From Marsupella aquatica (Eukaryota > Plantae > Marchantiophyta), in contig OZ316899.1 in the NCBI GenBank assembly GCA_973895155.1, forward strand, positions 10,290,287-10,354,286: a stretch of 64,000 nucleotides of DNA. Direction: 5' to 3'. The notes under the pieces are model-generated. The model made no database searches. It was not told the origin of the DNA and saw only the letters and a program-made list of their open reading frames with translations. Below, piece by piece: positions 1 to 12,318 of the stretch; the first letter of the stretch is position 1, and every line of letters starts with the position of its first letter. The position numbers and the translations under genes are program-made.

Positions 1-565
1 GAGGCCGAGACTGAGACTGAGATTGAAGCTAAGCCTAAGCCTAAGTCTGAGTCTGCGTTGGTGCGGGTACGGGTATGGGGTCCACTGGGCTGGCGCCGGC
101 GGTTGCGGGTCTAGTTCCCATGAAGCTTTGCAGGTGCTGGTAGAAGTTCTCCAAAGCAAGTGCGGACGACCTTGTTGAACGGGTAGTGCTGGACTCGCTG
201 TTGATGATAGCCCAAACCTGAGTAGGGATGTGGTCGAAGTGATGTCATTGCAAGTCAATCGTACCCGGGATATTGAAGACCTCGTCCGGAAGTCGAAGCA
301 ATGCTTCCCATAAACCAATATATTTGTCTCCATTGAAGAAGTACCCAGATACCTCTGCTGGTCGGTAAAGCTCGCTCTGAGACGGGTAGTCAAAGTTAAG
401 GATGTAGTGGTGTCGTCCTGCTAGGCGGATGGCTCTCTCGTACTCGCATTTGATTTCGTATCGGCGCGGGTTGGCGTGTTTCAATGAGTCGGCCAAGTGT
501 CTTCTGGTAGATAGGAACTGCGTCCAGAATCGAATGGCCAAACTGGAGAGGATCGTGTGCGACAT
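1..565 (-). pseudogene. N-terminal domain of the LTR-encoded accessory protein (family D)
   Basis: ORF 245-565 (…AIRFWTQFL…NPRRY…FFNGDKYIGLWEALLRLPDEVFNIPGTIDLQ) aligns with 62174-62473. The frame continues past a CGA>TGA-type stop into a Pro/Gln-rich tract. Confidence 0.7.
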
Positions 566-665
566 TCAGAGGAGATAGTAGTGGCGACTAAGAGAGAACG
601 AGAGAGCTGGGGTCGAAGCTGGCGCGTGGACTGATGGACTGGTGCACTACAAAGGGTCGGCTCCC

Positions 666-673
666 TTTTTATA
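666..673 (-). promoter_or_regulatory. TATA box in the 5' part of the LTR, upstream of the LTR ORF
   Basis: GGTATAAAAAGGG; the equivalent motif occurs at ~51813(+) (GGGTATAAAAGGCAAG) and ~62550(-). Confidence 0.55.
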
Positions 674-1034
674 CCTTGAGGGCTTGTCGATCCCCCGACA
701 TCTCCTTGTTGCCTATAGGCTGAACCGTTCACGCTTGTAGTGTACCGGCCACTCCGCCGGTCTGAGTCACCGCGTGTCAGTGGACGCCTCCCGAAGTTTG
801 TTATACGGACCCGAGGGAGGGCCCCCCCCCCACGCTCGTAACTCGGGCATGCAAATGGCGACGTGCCGCCAGCCCGAACATGAATTCCCCTTATTGACTA
901 ATGATTTCCTACTCATAATGGCTACCTAAATACTGTCGTTATGCTAATCATAGCGGCCTAAGATACCCCTAATGCGTGTGCTAAGCACGGTTTAGACCGA
1001 ATTACTCATTACTTGCCGTACCGGCGGCGTCACA

Positions 1035-1761
1035 AATCTGCCTTCAAAAAACGACAATGGCCCATGTATATGACTTTCTGCAGGGCTCTGGAGTACTCAC
1101 TGGTGACATTGTGCCCACAAATAGTATAAGCACAATATCCTTTTGTTGTTTGGCCTGATATCATCCCATGGGCTGGGTAGTCAGCTATAGTCAAAATGAC
1201 GATGGCTCTAAGGATGAATGGGTTTAACCTCCCAAGCCTCTATAGGACATCATATGTGAGAACTCCTTCCTCCCAAAGCTTTCTCAATTCCTCCACTAGG
1301 GGAGCCAGAAACACATCTATGTTGGCAGATACAGCATTGTCTGGCCCTGGTATCAGTAGGACCATCTAAACAAAAAATTGTTTTGTAGTCATCCAAGGAG
1401 GAAGGTTATAATTCAAAATAGTTACATGCCAGAACAAAAATTTGTTGTTCTTGTCTCCAAATGGGTTTACCCCATCCAATGACAGCCCAAGTTTGACATT
1501 CCTTGGCTCAGCAGCAAATTCAGGATACATCTCATCTCTGAGTTTCCACTGCCTTGAATTTGCAGCATGTCGTTGTAGCCCATCAACACTTTTCTTGTCA
1601 GTTGCCCAAGTCATCATCTTCAAGATGGCATGGCTTCTGAACATCCGCTGAAGTTTGGGAATGAGTGGAAAATGACAAAGTACCTTGGCGGGAACCATAG
1701 ACTTTCCTGAGTTCCGATACCTGTGCTTTCCACACTTAGGGCATGTCAACGATTTGCACAC
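1035..1761 (-). pseudogene. CACTA/En-Spm TnpD (Transposase_21-type) fragment
   Basis: CPKCGKHRY…PAKVLCHFPLIPKLQRMF…LGLSLDGVNPFG…NYNLPPWM…LIPGP; a close paralogue of the transposase at 37.6-38.3 kb. Confidence 0.9.
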
Positions 1762-2808
1762 CAGAAGTACAAGGTCTAAATTTCCAGGTTGAGAGGCTCA
1801 GAAAGACGGCTAAGGATCAGGCCACCCAGAGCGAGAAGGCCTTGGCAGAAGCCCAAAGGAAGTATGACAAGTTACTCGACCGGTTGGAGGCCATGCGTGA
1901 GAAGCATGATGACGCCATGTGCACAGCGGCCAATGATCACCTAAACCGAGTTCAACAGATACGCAAGGAGCTTCAGGAGGAGCTAACCAGGACAAAGTAG
2001 GCATGGACGGACGAGGTCACAAAACTGGAAGGCATCAACGACTCCTTGAAAGCAGCCATAATAAGCAAGAGTTGGAGATCGTGCAGATCTTAAATGAGGA
2101 GCTGAAGATGGCCAGGTCCGAGATACAACGGCTTAACAATGAAGTTGAAGATGTATCTCAGGAATTGGAGGAGGCCAGGGATAAGATGCTCGGGTTGCAG
2201 AAGCGTGCCGACAATCAAACGGAGAAATTGAAGAAGTATGCCAAAACGGGATATGGGTCACCAACTGAAAGGCTTCCCGTCAGTAGTATGGTAGGCGGAA
2301 ATACAGTGAAGCCAAAGCCAAAGCCGAGCTCACTGTTGTCAAGCGTGACTGGGGGCAAAGCCATGCAGTTGGTAGCAGATTTGGCAAAGACGTTCATGGG
2401 GCCAGGCGATAATAAAGTTAAGCCCCTTAAAGCCACTCCGGAGGAAGTCGAGAGCATGGCCGCTCACATTTGTGGTACTGTGGCCCTGAAGGCAGCTGTG
2501 GTAGAGGTAAGTACTGCGGATCAACTTGGAGCTGCGGTAACAGGTTCAGACAATGGTACTGCTTTATGGACGCCCAAAACGTGAAGCCGTGGGTTATTGA
2601 GACCGAGCGCATCGGGGAGCAGGCTTGGATTGAGGAAGTTAAGGCAAAAGCTCTCCAAGCCGTTTCCCAGGAGGATGTCAATGCAGCAGCCAATGTCGGG
2701 GCCAACAAACCAGAACCCGAAGTCGAGGAAGCCGAAGGGGTCAAGCCGGAGCCGATGGCAAGAGAAGGTGCAGAGTCGGAAAATTCGGACTTAGCCCCGG
2801 TCATCTGA
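1762..2808 (+). pseudogene. C-terminal coiled-coil part of the family-B LTR-encoded protein
   Basis: ORFs 1743-2000, 2003-2584 and 2470-2808 match 25964-27543. Confidence 0.8.
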
Positions 2809-3712
2809 CAATTAAGGAGGGCCAGTCATTGGTTGGAAGGAGGACGTGGCGGCAGGAGAAGGGCTTGGGCCAGAAGGGCGCGGCCGTTGTAGGATGGGAC
2901 AGGGCAAGTAGTGCCCTGTCGGCTTAGGTAGTATTAGATGCTTGGTTCACACAGGGTTCCGGGCTAGTCAAGTGTTTTAGGTGATAGTTTTTTTGTAGGT
3001 CGCGGTGGAAGGCCGTGAGTTGTGGTAAGGATTTCCGCCTTTTCCCCTGAACGCGTTGCAAGGATAAAAACCTGGGCAGTGTGGCCCGGGGGGCTTTTTC
3101 TTAGTCAAGGCTTTAGTGTAAATCTGTATTGTTGGGAGCACAGGAAGCTCTTGGCTAAATTTAGACCGCAGGGTATCAGTAAACCACCAGTTCCCTTGGA
3201 TTTCTGAGCAATTGTTTGAATTGAGTTGGCCTCGTTGCATAGTTTGCAGATTCTTGCCATCCAAGAAGTTGAGTGTTATGATATCTGTTGCTTGATTGAT
3301 TTAAGTCAGATAGGGTGAACTGTTGAGCAAAATACAATTGCATTGTCTTGATTGGAGACTGCCCAATCAAACTCTGAGAGAAAAGTGAGGATTGAGAGTG
3401 TTTAGTCGGTGAAGTGTGGGTTGAGTTAGTCTAAAAAAGACCTTCAACCGGCTTAAGAAATTAAGCCGTAGGGGTACATTCCGAGGGCGGAATACAAATA
3501 TACTTGAAGAAGTTAAAGAGGAATTAGGTGTCTCAGTTGTGCACAATTCACAAGCCTAGTGAAAGAATTGGTCCGGTAAGTGTGGATCAAAGGAGAGGAT
3601 CGCGTTTCCAAACCAAATAGCTGCCAAAGGGCAAGAGGACGGACATAAACGAGTGGTTTATGATCGACTGAGGGTAGTTCTTTGGGTTAGAGGTCTTGGA
3701 AAACGCGCCACA
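1762..3712 (+). repeat. 5' LTR of element B (3' ~1.95 kb only)
   Basis: Near-identical to 26496-28452; ends …CGCGCCACA followed by the PBS. Confidence 0.92.
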
Positions 3713-3716
3713 TTTT

Positions 3717-3734
3717 TGGCGCTAGATGGAGGGG
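3717..3734 (+). promoter_or_regulatory. Primer binding site of element B
   Basis: TGGCGCTAGATGGAGGGG begins 4 nt after the LTR-terminal CA and is identical to the element A site. The cognate tRNA was not identified. Confidence 0.8.
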
Positions 3735-3838
3735 GCATTCTTACTTGTGAATTGTTTGTTGCGCAGTGTTAGGTGATGAACAAATTCACACCACGAGAAG
3801 AGCGAGCAACACTGAGGGAAGAAGCGTAGTTGCAGCAA

Positions 3839-4839
3839 ATGGCAAGGTGGAGGGAGACCAAGAGGGTGAAGACTGCAATCGGCAATGGCGGTTCACAAAG
3901 TGCATTTGGAGTGGAACTAGAGAACAAGGGAGGGGATCTGTTGAGTAGTAACGCGCCCAGTACCCAACCCAGTTCACCAGTGCAAGAGATGGGTGAGCCG
4001 GATCCACAATTTGGTGGGCGAGCAGCACCACGGCTCAGTCAGAGATCACGAATCCATTACAAAGCATTTCATGGTAAACATGAGGAGGATCCGGATGACT
4101 GGCTTGAGGAGTTTGATGGGACTGCAACTGCTAATGGAGAGTCCGCTATCAAGATGCAGATCTTACCCGGGTTGTTTAAGGGTGAGGCTCGACCATGGTA
4201 CTCCAATTTGGAACCAGGGGAGCAGAATGAATGGGTCACCTTCAAGCAGTTGTTTGTCAAGGAATTCCGTCCCATTGGGACGTCTGAATTGCAATGTTGA
4301 AGCTAGGACGGCTTCAATTCAAGGAGAACAAGTCTTTCCGGAATTCTTGCAGCGATTCCACAAATTGGTGCGACAAACCAAGACCAATGCATCAGACGAA
4401 ATGCAGTTGCAGTGGTTGGTTAATGCTCTAACTCAAAAAAGATGAGTTTCGTGATTCGGAAGGGGAATCAGGAGTCTTTAGCGAAGGTGATTCGTGATAT
4501 TCAGCTCTACATCAATGCAGATATCATGAGCAGGAAAAAACACTATAAGTCTGAGGATTCATCTTCAGAGGAGGAATCCGGCAAGAAAAAGGCCAAGAAG
4601 AAGCGATCCAAGAAAGCCAAGGAGAGTAGTAGCTCTGAGAGTGATACCAGTAAGAGTGAAACATCTTTCAGCTCGGAGGATGGTGACAGGAGTAAGAAAA
4701 AGAAAATCACAAAAAAAGGGTTGCAGAAAAGGTGAAAACCAAGTTGGATCCCAAGAAGGCATCTTCGGATCAGTTGACAGCTATCACGGAGCAGTTGAAG
4801 GCATTATTAGCCAACGCAAAGCCGGTGAAGAAGGAGCCA
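3839..4839 (+). pseudogene. gag: Element B gag, N-terminal part (capsid/Retrotrans_gag domain plus Ser/Lys-rich linker), frameshifted
   Basis: YKAFHGKHEEDPDDWLEEF…FKGEARPWY…WVTFKQLFVKEF; interrupted at 4840 by element A. Confidence 0.85.
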
Positions 4840-7800
4840 TGTAGTGCGTCCCATGGCTCCCCAAACCCAAGAAAACCCCCTTGCTCAAGCCGATTCCCGC
4901 AGGTTTCATCCTTGGCGAGGCCGTTTCTGTGGCTTAGCGGCATGGGACGCTGCTAACTCTCCTTCAATTACTATTAACATTTTACACACATATACTAGAC
5001 AGATCCTTCATCGGGTCATGAGATACTTAGCCGGCCTATTCTAGGCCCTCCCTTGTATTCCTCTCCTGGTCTTCCATTAGGTATGTTTGGATTCCGCCGC
5101 CGGAATGATCCCCAATTGGCTTGGTTAAGCCGCTAAGACCTCTCTCAGCTCAACACATCCAACTCTCACTCCCTTGCTACTTCCCTTCATTGATGTGGGC
5201 ACTCTTCACACAAGTTAATGCGACGCACAAATAGCAAAATGACTCCTTCTGACTGAGTTATACCATGCACTTGCCATACAAACAGTACATCTCATACACA
5301 AGCTCTGCGAACTAAGCCGTGAGGCCAACTCTATTCAGTTCTTAGGCATGAGGAAACATGAATATACACAAGGGTCACTGTATAACTAACCGAGAGCTTC
5401 TCTTACTACTTGATCCCAGCCCTGCTGGTGCAACTAAAAACTTGCTAAAGAAGAGGCCCTGGACTCCCCGCTGCCCAGGTATTTATCCTGGCAGCGGATC
5501 TGTCCAGAACTTCGTTGCATAAGCTTAATCTATCCTACCTGTAATCTACCTAACTGTACATTGAGGCAGGAGCACAAGTGTTGCTCCTACCAGTGGATCC
5601 GCCATCCCACTAATCTAAGTGTCAGGGCCGTCTCCTGGTCTTGATCCTAATCCTAAACTTGGAGATCTGAGCCCACCCTGCCCACTCACGCCTCCTACCT
5701 CCACGTCCGCCCTTCCTTAAAGGAACGGCGCCCTTGCACCGTCATGACACCGGTGGCGGATCCTCAATGGACGCCCCCAACGCTTCCCCCGCAGCCACTG
5801 CCGTCGGTCCGTCCTTTGACAGATTACCTGCCCCGGACCAAGTCAACTCTTCATCAGCTTGACTGGGTCCACCCTCGGCTTTGGCCCTAGCATCAGTCAC
5901 GGCCTTCGATACGGCTTCGGCCTTCCCGACATGTTCTAGTGGAGGATCCGGTACCTCGGCTTCATCAATAGCTATCCCGGCCTTGGCCTTGCCATCCCCA
6001 CCTTCTTCAACAGGTGGATCTACTGCCGTAATCATGCCGGAGGTTGGTGTCGGGTTGACCTCCTGGGTCACAACGGCTTGGTAAGCCGTATAACTCCCAG
6101 ACCCAGAAGGTTACTGCTTCTTTTTCTTCCCTGTTTCGGTAGCTGGTCCCTTCCCCTTGCTACCTACCTCCGGCACCAGGGCGTGTGTCTCGGCATGTCT
6201 TTCAGCCAGTACCCCTCATAGTAACGGAGTTCCCACAATTGGAGTTGGACCAGATGAAGCTAAGCACTTAAATACTGTGGCCTGTTTCTTCAGCTGCTCC
6301 GTTTGGTTGTCGGCCCGCCGCTGTAAGTTCTTCATCTTCCTGGTGATTTCCTCCAACTCCTTCTGGGCTTCCTCCAGGTCCTTCCATCCCTCTTGCAGCT
6401 CCCTTCTGGCTTCTTCCAATTCCAATTTTAAGGTAGCCCTCTCCTCCTGGGTTGCTCTTAGCTCCTTGTTGAGCTCCGCTACAACCTCAGACTCCATCTT
6501 ATTCATCTTGGCATAAGTCTGGTCAAGCTGGTCGTCCTTCTCATGCATGTCAGCCTTGAAGCTGGCCGTCAGGGATGCAAGCTCCTGCTGCAGCGCAATA
6601 ATCCCTTGATAGGATTTCCCTAACTCGGCCTCCTTCTGCTCAAGGGCTCCGCGGATATCCTCGAGCTCTCCTTTCAACGTCCTCTCCCTTCTCTGAGTCT
6701 CCGCCATGGCCCGGTTGTTGGCGGTTATGTGGGCCTCCTCTGCGTCCCTCAGCTCCTGCTTCCACTTTTCCGGCCCTGTCCTTGACCGCGCTGGCCAACT
6801 CTTCTTAGGTCTGAGTCAGTTTATCCTTGATAATCTGATTGCCAGACTGAGCGGCATCCAATTGTCCTTGCATGATATTTAGCTCATGCCGCTTAATCCG
6901 CAGCTCATCTTGGGCTTTCTTAGTCGCCTGCAGGTCTTCCACCTCAGCTTCCATCTCCCTAAGCCGCCGGATGACCTTGTCCTTCTTGCTTCTCTCCAAA
7001 GCCACCGCTTCTTCTAATCGGTGCTTCTCCAACATCTCCCTTTGGAAAAAAGGTCCCTGCTCCACCTCCTCCCCAAAGATGTTGAGCGCCAGGTCCCCAC
7101 CATCTCCCCGTACTCCATGGCTCTATCTTTAGCATAGGTGGAGTAAGTAGAAGTCATCGGCATCAACCACCTCGGCCATCATCCGGGCAGTGAGATAGAA
7201 ATCCTTCCCATACACCCTCGTGGAATTGGTCTCGGGTTCCCATGATCCCACGAATTCTAATAAGTCTGAGTCCGGCACCTCCGGCTTCAGCCATGGTAAT
7301 CTTACGAAGGCTTCCAAGCCGGATCCGGCCATGAAGCCCTGGTACTTCTTGGTCTGCATGGCCATAAAGCATGCATCCTCCTCCCATGCAAAATGTAATT
7401 GCACTTCCTCTAGTAGGGTCCCCACCCAGCCTTTCGAGGGGTCATCCTTTGTTGGAATGGCATTGATGGGATCGACCTCCTCCTCTTTGGCTTCTCCTTG
7501 CCTCCTGTTCTGCTGCTCTGCTGGCTTCCTTGGTGCCGCCGACCTCGTTCTTTTTGCCGGGGTGGCCTCTTTGTTGTTGTTTCCTTTCCTCTTCATCTCG
7601 GCTGCCGTGGATGTTTCTCCTAGCACAGTTGCCTTTGTCCACCCCTCCATGTTACCCTTCAATTCCCAGTGCGCATCGTTGTAGCGGTTGACGGCTTCCC
7701 GAATGCCGACGATTCTGTCTTCGCAAAACAGAAGGTCATCAAGCTGATTGGCAGTAGGAGTCCACAAGAACTTGGCCTTGATGAGTTCTCCTCCTAAGAA

Positions 7801-8325
7801 GGCAGACTTCTGCAGCTCCCACAATCGAGCGAGCTCCTGACGTTCTCGAGCTGCTCTCTCTGATTCTTTGTCCTCGTAAGTCTTAATGTACTCAGTTGCC
7901 CGTTCGAACAGGCATCCCCAAAAATGTGCCGCTTGATTGACGTTGCTCATACCCTCCTTGACTTGATCATTGGTATCTGCTCCCGCACCGAGTGCTTGCC
8001 TAAGCAGCTGACAGTAGTTGGCCTTCCATAGTCGTCTGCCCAGTTCGTGCTTGCCAATGAGCCACCATTCCTTGCAAGTGGTCCTTACCCCTCTCCTCCT
8101 CTGGTCTTTCCTCCCGTTGGTTACCCCTAGCCGCCGATGCTTAGCGCACCCTAACCCTAATCGTGTTCTCTCCCCTGGCGTCCTTACCTCCGGCCACGGC
8201 CCGGGTTCCATAGTCACCCTTAATTGTTTATATTTTCCTTGTTTTTTTACTATACTAATGTGTTTATAGGGTACACCTCCGTTTCCCCACTTAACTGGCC
8301 TAGTGATTCCTGGCTAGGCATCACA
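4840..8325 (-). repeat. 3' LTR of element A (3486 bp, ~1.2 kb internal deletion)
   Basis: Starts TGTGATGCC right after the PPT; homologous to 14009-16221 and 39685-44389. Confidence 0.93.
5742..7950 (-). pseudogene. LTR-encoded accessory protein (family A), deleted and frameshifted copy
   Basis: ORFs 7129-8217, 6805-7065, 6216-6707 and 5742-6071 are colinear with 40590-44338. Confidence 0.8.
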
Positions 8326-9439
8326 TAGCTTCCCACTTAATTGTGAAGCGTCCTCGCGAACAACTTCATCTTTGTCCATATAGTATTTTTTGAGGCGGTC
8401 GTAATGGATGCGAACTGGGTACACCTCTCCAGTAATGTTGGCCAATTGTACAGAGCCATTAGAGAACTTCATTGATACCCTGAAAGGTCCTAACCAGCGA
8501 GTGTAAAGTTTCCCCGGAAACCTACTATACCTACTATCATAAAGTAATACAAGATCTCCTGTGTGAATACTAACTAGTTTCAACCTTTTATCATACTGCT
8601 ACTTCATGGTATTCTGTCTATATTCTACTCTCTCGGCTTAAATCATTCTTGCCTCCTCTAAAGCTTCTAACCTATGTTCTCGCTCCTTTAGGCTTTCCTC
8701 CTCTGAGGTTCTCTCCTCAATTGTAACTTGAAATGTAGGAATCTCAAGTTGCATGGGTACCAGGGCTTCCTGTCCAAAGGTTAAGAAAAAGGGTGTATGA
8801 CCGGTAGTGGATTTATAGGCTAAATTGTAAGCAAAAACAACAGCAAACAATTTATCATCCCAATCGAGTTTGTTCCGAGCTACGGTTTTGTTCAATATCT
8901 TTCCTATAATTCCATTTGCTCGTTCTGTCAACCCATTTGCCTTTGGGTGGTAGGGAGTAGTAGGCCTATGTCTAACTAAATACTGCTCATTTAAATGACT
9001 AATTATATCATTCAGAAAATGGGTTCCTCTATCACTAACTAATTCTAGGGGTGCGCCATACCTGGTGAAGATCTGCTCATACATGAATCGAGCCGTAGTA
9101 ATTGCATCATCCTTCGTTGTCGGCCTGGCCTCTACCCACTTAGTTGCATAATCCGTGGCCAGGATTATGTACTTGTTTTTTCGAGGATGGGTCAATGGTT
9201 TCAGAGGTCCCAAGTAGTCAATACCCCATTTCTCAAATGGTGCCAGAGGTAGAATAGGGTGGATGTCTTGTGGACGCCCTTGGTCCTCCCGCTCGTTGAC
9301 ATGGGTCGCATTGTTTGATAAACTGATAGACATCCTTGTGCAAAGTGGGCCACCAGTAACCGGCATTTAATATCTTTTTAGACGTGGTTGCTGGAGCAAA
9401 ATGTCCTCGGGCTTCCTCCCCATGCATAGCCCATAGGAC
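8314..9439 (-). pseudogene. pol: Integrase of element A
   Basis: HHCC zinc finger (MHGEEARGHF…CDPCQR), core (WGIDYLGP…SDRGTHF…NGLTER) and WLGPF C-terminal module; frameshifted. Confidence 0.93.
8326..8355 (-). promoter_or_regulatory. Polypurine tract region of A
   Basis: GAGGACGCTTCACAATTAAGTGGGAAGCTA|TGTGATG, a typical gypsy GAGGAC…TTAAG.GGG motif. Confidence 0.75.
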
Positions 9440-11060
9440 TCATTTTACCTCTCCTTTTTCCAAACACCTTTGAATCGTGCCGCTGATTCCATACTTGTGT
9501 AGGATGCCCTTAATGCACTGATACTGTCTGACCTTCCCTAGAAAGACTACGGCTTGCTCTTTGTTTAGCCCTGGCTGTAATCTGGATGTGCTGAGAAATT
9601 GTAAAATCTCAGGGTACCATGTATCAGCTATTTCCACAATGAATAGCTTCTTGTCGGGAAATTGATCATCGATGCAATCCATGGCAGGTTCACCTGTGAT
9701 CCTTGAAAAGAAGTCGGCATTGGCGTGTAGGTTTCCTGGCTTGATTTTTAGCTCGTAGTCAAACTCCTGTAATAGCAAAATCCATCTTGCTACCCTACCT
9801 GTAAGGTCCAGCTTATTTACTAGGTACTTCAAACTTTCATGATCGGTATGAAAGATTACCTTGTACCCCAGTAAATAATGCCTAAACTTTTTATAGGAAT
9901 AAATGACTCCTAATGCTTCTCTTTCTGTGGTGGAGTAATTGCGTTCGGCATCGTCAAGTTGGCGGCTTGCAAAGTATATGGGATGGTCCCTTCCTTTCTC
10001 ATCCAACTGACTTAGTACTAAGCCGATACAGAAGCCTGAGACATGAAAATCCTTGTTCCAGTCTGGTGCTATCATGACTGGGGCCTCTACTAACATTTGC
10101 TTCAATTCTACTACTGCTGTTACTTGTTCTGGTGTGGGTTCAAAGTCTGCACCTGCTTTGAGCATGTTGGTTAATGGTAAAGCTAGTTTGGAAAAGTCCT
10201 TGATGAACCGGCGATAATAGCCAATGCACCCCAAGAAGGATCTCACATCCTTTATGTTCTTAGGTTGCATGATATCTAGCCATACTGCTAGCTTACCCTT
10301 ATCAATCTCAATGCCCTTCTTTGATACCTTGTGACCTAGTAGCACACCCTCTGTTACTCCAAAGAAACATTTATCGGGGTGTAACTTGAGACCTACCTCT
10401 CTGCATCTCATGAAGGTTTTCCTGAGGTATTTAGCATGTTTTGATGCCTTCCCAAACACTGCAAAGTCATCAATGAAGATTTCCATGAATTTTCTCAAGT
10501 AGTCGTGGAAAATGTTCACCATTAATCGTTGGAACATTGCTGGTGCGTTACAGAGTCCAAACGGCATACGATTGAAGACATAGATCCCCCATTCCGTGAT
10601 GAAGGCCGTCTTGATTTGGTCCTCCTGTCTAATCCTGATTTGGTCATAACCAGAGTATCCATCCATGAATGAGTATAGTTCATCACTGGCTACCATGTCT
10701 AGTACCATATCAGTAAAGGGTAAAGAAAAATGGTCTTTTAACGTAGCCTCATTCAACTTCCTGTAATCCTGACAAACCCGGATCTTTGGTTTACCATCGG
10801 GTCCAACTTTCTTGGGAACTATCACAATTGGAGACACCCAGTCTGAGTGTAGGACTGGATCAGAGTGATGAATCCGGCTTCTACTAGCTTGTCGATTTTA
10901 GTTTTTACCATCAAAGAATACTTAGGGTTCATCCGTCGAATCAGTTGTCGAAATGATTTGGCCCCTAACATGAGATCGATTCGGTGTTCTCCTAGTTTTG
11001 GGTCTACTCCTTCAGATCTTGGTGACTCCATGCGAACACATCCTGAAATTCAATTAGTAA
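9440..11060 (-). pseudogene. pol: Reverse transcriptase + RNase H of element A
   Basis: SPIVIVPKK, RVCQDYRKLN, FMDGYSGY, MPFGLCNAPA, IFIDDF, YSTTEREAL, TDH, ARWILLLQEFD. Confidence 0.95.
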
Positions 11061-11482
11061 TTCACTGATCTCCTTCTCAAGCTCAGGTGTTAGGTCCCTC
11101 CCTAAGTTCAGTTCCCTTCCTTCTCCTAAGTCGAGCTTCCGGTATTGCCGTGCTTGGATCATATTAATCTGCTTCTTCAAATTTGGGTCCAACTCGGCCT
11201 CCAGCCTTTCCAGTCTCATACCTCCATAGACTGGAATCTCGGCAGTACTAGCCGAGCTTGTTGACTTAATTTCTCCCTGGTTCTCAACAGATTGTTCCCT
11301 TGCCGTTCTGCTCGGTTTTGATTTAGTTGTTGGCTTCCCTTCCTGACTCGGTTTTGGATTCTTCCCGTACATGTAATCTATTCCTGCTTTCTGAGGGTCA
11401 GGCCGTCATGCTCTTCCGGCTTCTAGTAGGGCCTCAATTTGCTCTGCCCTTGAGATCGGCTTGTAAGACAATCCCCTTGTAT

Positions 11483-12261
11483 TTAATTTGTTGTCGGGGA
11501 TAGACGGCGTTGTGGATCCTGTCGGCTTTGCCACAACGCCTGAGGAAAATCCACGGTCCCTATTGTAGCTCCCCACTTAACTGTTTCACCCAACTGGTCC
11601 ACCTTTGGTGCTTCCTCCGAGATTGAAGCTAAAAAGGTGGATTCTATGGTAAAGCAGTCCTCGACCTCTTCTTCACCTTCCTCTAAGTCACCTTCCTCTA
11701 AGTCACCTTCCATAGGTTCTTGCCATAATCCGCTGGGGGGTACCTCTGGTCCAAAGACACTTTCTTCGGTTAGGTCAGTGAGGCATTCTAGCCAACGTAC
11801 CTCATCGGCGGATTCCAGTCCACTGTCGTACCCATCTATCTCCCTAATGCTTTTCCTGCGGTCATCCTTGGTGTCCCAGGATACCGTGATAGATGGGGCC
11901 CCAAAGGTGAACTCCTTCTTACCCCAATCCTCTATTACTTTGGCTAGGTACAACCATGGCCTGCCAATTAAAAGCCGGAACGACGTAGGGTTTACCGGCT
12001 TCATTACTACATAGTTAATGCTAAAGAAGATACCTCCTATCTCCGTTTTGATGTCGGTTAACACTCCCGTGGGAATGACTTGATACCCATTGGCCATGTT
12101 TCTCTTCCAGTCATCTCCGGCGTTAGACCCCATCCTTTTGCTGTTGAATCAATCATAATACATACCCCTGATCCTCCATCAATGGGTACTCGCAATAATA
12201 TTTCTCCTTGAATCATTAATGGTAATGTTGGGGCTCCTTGATCTTCTTCTATCATCAGCAC
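11483..12261 (-). pseudogene. pol: Aspartic protease and linker of element A
   Basis: VPIDGGSGVCIM…LLIGRPWL; frameshifted. Confidence 0.85.
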
Positions 12262-12318
12262 ATCGGATTTGGTTGCTACCTTGGGTAATCTCGGCTTGCC
12301 GAGAATCGCCTTCCTTAA

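Larger units (their letters stand above)
1..1034 (-). mobile_element. 5' part of a Ty3/gypsy LTR (family D, related to family C), running off the window's left edge
   Basis: The minus strand begins TGTGACGCCGCC at 1034. It is colinear with the LTR starts at 62912(-) and 51472(+), sharing the GGCTGGCGG, CCGTATAAC and TATAAAA blocks, and abuts a CACTA transposase fragment. Confidence 0.8.
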
